18,151 bases of DNA, from the NCBI GenBank assembly GCA_024276825.1, contig JAJRWI010000021.1, forward strand, positions 1-18,151. Reading direction: 5' to 3'. Shown piece after piece: positions 16,445 through 18,151 of this stretch. Numbering within the stretch: the first letter of the stretch is position 1; each line of letters opens with the position of its first letter. The notes beneath the pieces were generated by a model, which saw nothing but the letters and a program-made list of their open reading frames with translations, did not search any database and was not told the origin of the DNA. The DNA is from an archaeon (GTDB lineage Archaea > Asgardarchaeota > Thorarchaeia > Thorarchaeales > Thorarchaeaceae). A program made the translations under genes and the position numbers.

Positions 16445-17125
16445 TTATTCGGAAATAATTTCTCCATCGCTCATAGTCATTACAATGTCCGCCCAGTCTA
16501 AGACGATCGGGTCATGCGATGCAACTATGACGGTCAGACCCTTCTCGCTCACCATACTTCTGATTGTTTCCAACAATTCATGGGTCAATGTTTTATCAAT
16601 TGAACTGCTCGGCTCATCAGCAATCAGAATCTCTGGGGACCTGACCAAAGCTCTTGCTATAGAAACCCGTTGTTGTTCTCCCCCACTCAATTCAGCAACT
16701 CTGAAGTCAGCTCTGTCTTCCATTCCCATCTCAAGTAATATCTTCCGAGCTTGTTCCTCAGCCTTGGACCGTGAAGTATTCGTGCAAAGAAGTGGAAGAG
16801 CGACATTCTCAATTGAAGTCAATTGGGGAATCAAATACTGTGACTGAAAGATGAAGCCTATCTTGTTTCTCCTCAGTCGTGTGCGATAGAGCTCAGACAC
16901 TCTTGAAACCTCTATGCTCTCTATGACCACTTGACCCTGAGTGGGGCGAATGAGCAGTCCTATAATGCTCAATAATGTAGTCTTTCCGGAACCACTTGGT
17001 CCCCCTATTGCAGTCACCTTTGATCTCTCAATCTTGATGGATGCATCTCTAACTGCGTCAACTCTACGAGGTGTGTCAATTCCATAAGTCTTCCATACAT
17101 TACGAGTTTCGATGATTGTCACCAT
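16445..17125 (-). CDS. LolD/MacB-type ABC transporter ATP-binding protein
   Basis: GPSGSGKTT, RRNKIGFIFQ, LSGGEQQRV, ILIADEPS and VASHD. GAGGTG SD before ATG 17125, immediately after the permease stop. Confidence 0.93.
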   Translation of the reverse strand: MVTIIETRNVWKTYGIDTPRRVDAVRDASIKIERSKVTAIGGPSGSGKTTLLSIIGLLIRPTQGQVVIESIEVSRVSELYRTRLRRNKIGFIFQSQYLIPQLTSIENVALPLLCTNTSRSKAEEQARKILLEMGMEDRADFRVAELSGGEQQRVSIARALVRSPEILIADEPSSSIDKTLTHELLETIRSMVSEKGLTVIVASHDPIVLDWADIVMTMSDGEIISE

Positions 17126-17126
17126 T

Positions 17127-18151
17127 TTACACACCTCTTAACACCACATCGGGTTCAGTGATGGCGTTGCGCCAAGATGGGATGACTGTTGCTACAAGAA
17201 TTGGGACTATTGCAATCGCATATACCATAAACACAGTGGTTGCAGAAATGGCCATTGGCATGTCAGTATTGATCAATAAGAAACTCCAGCCTAGAAGATA
17301 ACTCGCCAGACCAGGAGCTCCCAACACATAATCAAATATGATTGCCAGAGAAACACCCATACTGGCCCCCAAAACACTGATTGTGATGCTCTCAAAAGCC
17401 CTGATCTCAAGAATATCAATGGTATCAAATCCAAGCGCCTTGAGCAGACCCACTTCCCTCCTTGATTCTTCGGAGATTGCACTTGATGTGGCGAATGCAA
17501 GGATGATGACTGATAAGATTACAATCAACCATAGTAGTGCTATGACCCCAGCTCTATCACTGTACGCCCTAAGTGTTGTGTTTCTGATGGCGTTTCTTGT
17601 CAACACTCTGGCCTCTGGAAATCTGTTGTCAAGGCGGTATGCCACATCATCGATGAATACGCCATAATCTATCCATACTGCATAGTCCGTGCAAGAGCGG
17701 TTGTCCACGCCAAACAGAAGTCTGGCACTATCAATATCTGTCACAACCATATCATAATTGAAAATCTTGGCTTCGGTTCGGAATATTCCAACAATTTGGA
17801 ACTCAACCAAAGAGCCATTGAACGCAATCAACGAAATATTACTCCCAACATCAATGGTCACTGGTGAACCAGCAGCCCTCATGAGATCAATGATTCCTTG
17901 CCCAACTACAATTTTGCGGTTGTCTTCTTTAGAAAGAAACCGCCCATATGATATGAATGTCCCAACAACATTTGTTATATTGGCATACTCTGTTGCATTT
18001 ATCCCCATTATAGTAATGAACTTCCAAGTACCTATGCTTGCATATCCCCAGACTCTGGGAGTCGTCAGACGTACGCCCTGTGTTCCACTAATGATGTCTT
18101 TCCATTCAATCGGAACCATTGACTGCCGTCCGGCCTCTAATCTCTGAATAA
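17127..18151 (-). CDS. FtsX/MacB-type (type VII ABC) permease, 5'-truncated by window edge
   Basis: The frame stays open to the window end (...IQRLEAGRQSMVPIEW). Extracytoplasmic GRFL...VVG.GI, FtsX motif RREVGLLKALGF...I...ES, and C-terminal IPSWRNAITEP..VLR. Confidence 0.9.
   Translation of the reverse strand, partial: IQRLEAGRQSMVPIEWKDIISGTQGVRLTTPRVWGYASIGTWKFITIMGINATEYANITNVVGTFISYGRFLSKEDNRKIVVGQGIIDLMRAAGSPVTIDVGSNISLIAFNGSLVEFQIVGIFRTEAKIFNYDMVVTDIDSARLLFGVDNRSCTDYAVWIDYGVFIDDVAYRLDNRFPEARVLTRNAIRNTTLRAYSDRAGVIALLWLIVILSVIILAFATSSAISEESRREVGLLKALGFDTIDILEIRAFESITISVLGASMGVSLAIIFDYVLGAPGLASYLLGWSFLLINTDMPMAISATTVFMVYAIAIVPILVATVIPSWRNAITEPDVVLRGV

Noticed and set aside
307-18147. 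Numerous 60-130-aa antisense or out-of-frame ORFs in the track (e.g. 934-1227, 4718-5032, 16485-16847, 17758-18147)
   Set aside because: They are shadow ORFs inside well-supported genes and have no recognisable motifs.
1-18151. CRISPR arrays, tRNA/rRNA genes, transposases and integrases
   Set aside because: No regularly spaced repeats, cloverleaf or rRNA signatures, or transposase/integrase motifs were seen.

Overview
Archaeal genomic DNA with GGTGA/GGAGG Shine-Dalgarno sites, TATA boxes, and TrmB and Lrp/AsnC regulators. It is very probably from an Asgard archaeon (Thorarchaeia-like), inferred from two tandem Asgard-type profilin genes at 3074-3893. Gene order: 3' end of a DHH/DHHA1 phosphoesterase; a ~150-bp inverted-repeat-bounded element; OPT-family transporter; DUF167; profilin x2; stand-alone Lrp/AsnC ligand-binding domain; winged-helix regulator; a divergent two-microprotein operon missing from the ORF track; Zn-knuckle SAM methyltransferase; TrmB regulator divergent from an ABC-2 exporter (ATPase plus 2 permeases); two convergent MFS transporters; NfeD-like protein; Cys/His-motif membrane protein; Asp-box beta-propeller surface protein; and a LolD/FtsX-like ABC pair truncated at the window end. 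The best candidate for an undescribed system is at 4282-5424. There, a wHTH regulator sits back-to-back with a TATA promoter flanked by two GTTTG-N5-CAAAC palindromes. The promoter precedes two SD-led basic microproteins (35 and 29 aa) that share a T-x-A-[MV]-A-[VM]-[GA]-[FY]...R tail, and a GC hairpin follows them. All family assignments come from motif recognition by eye; no database searches were run.
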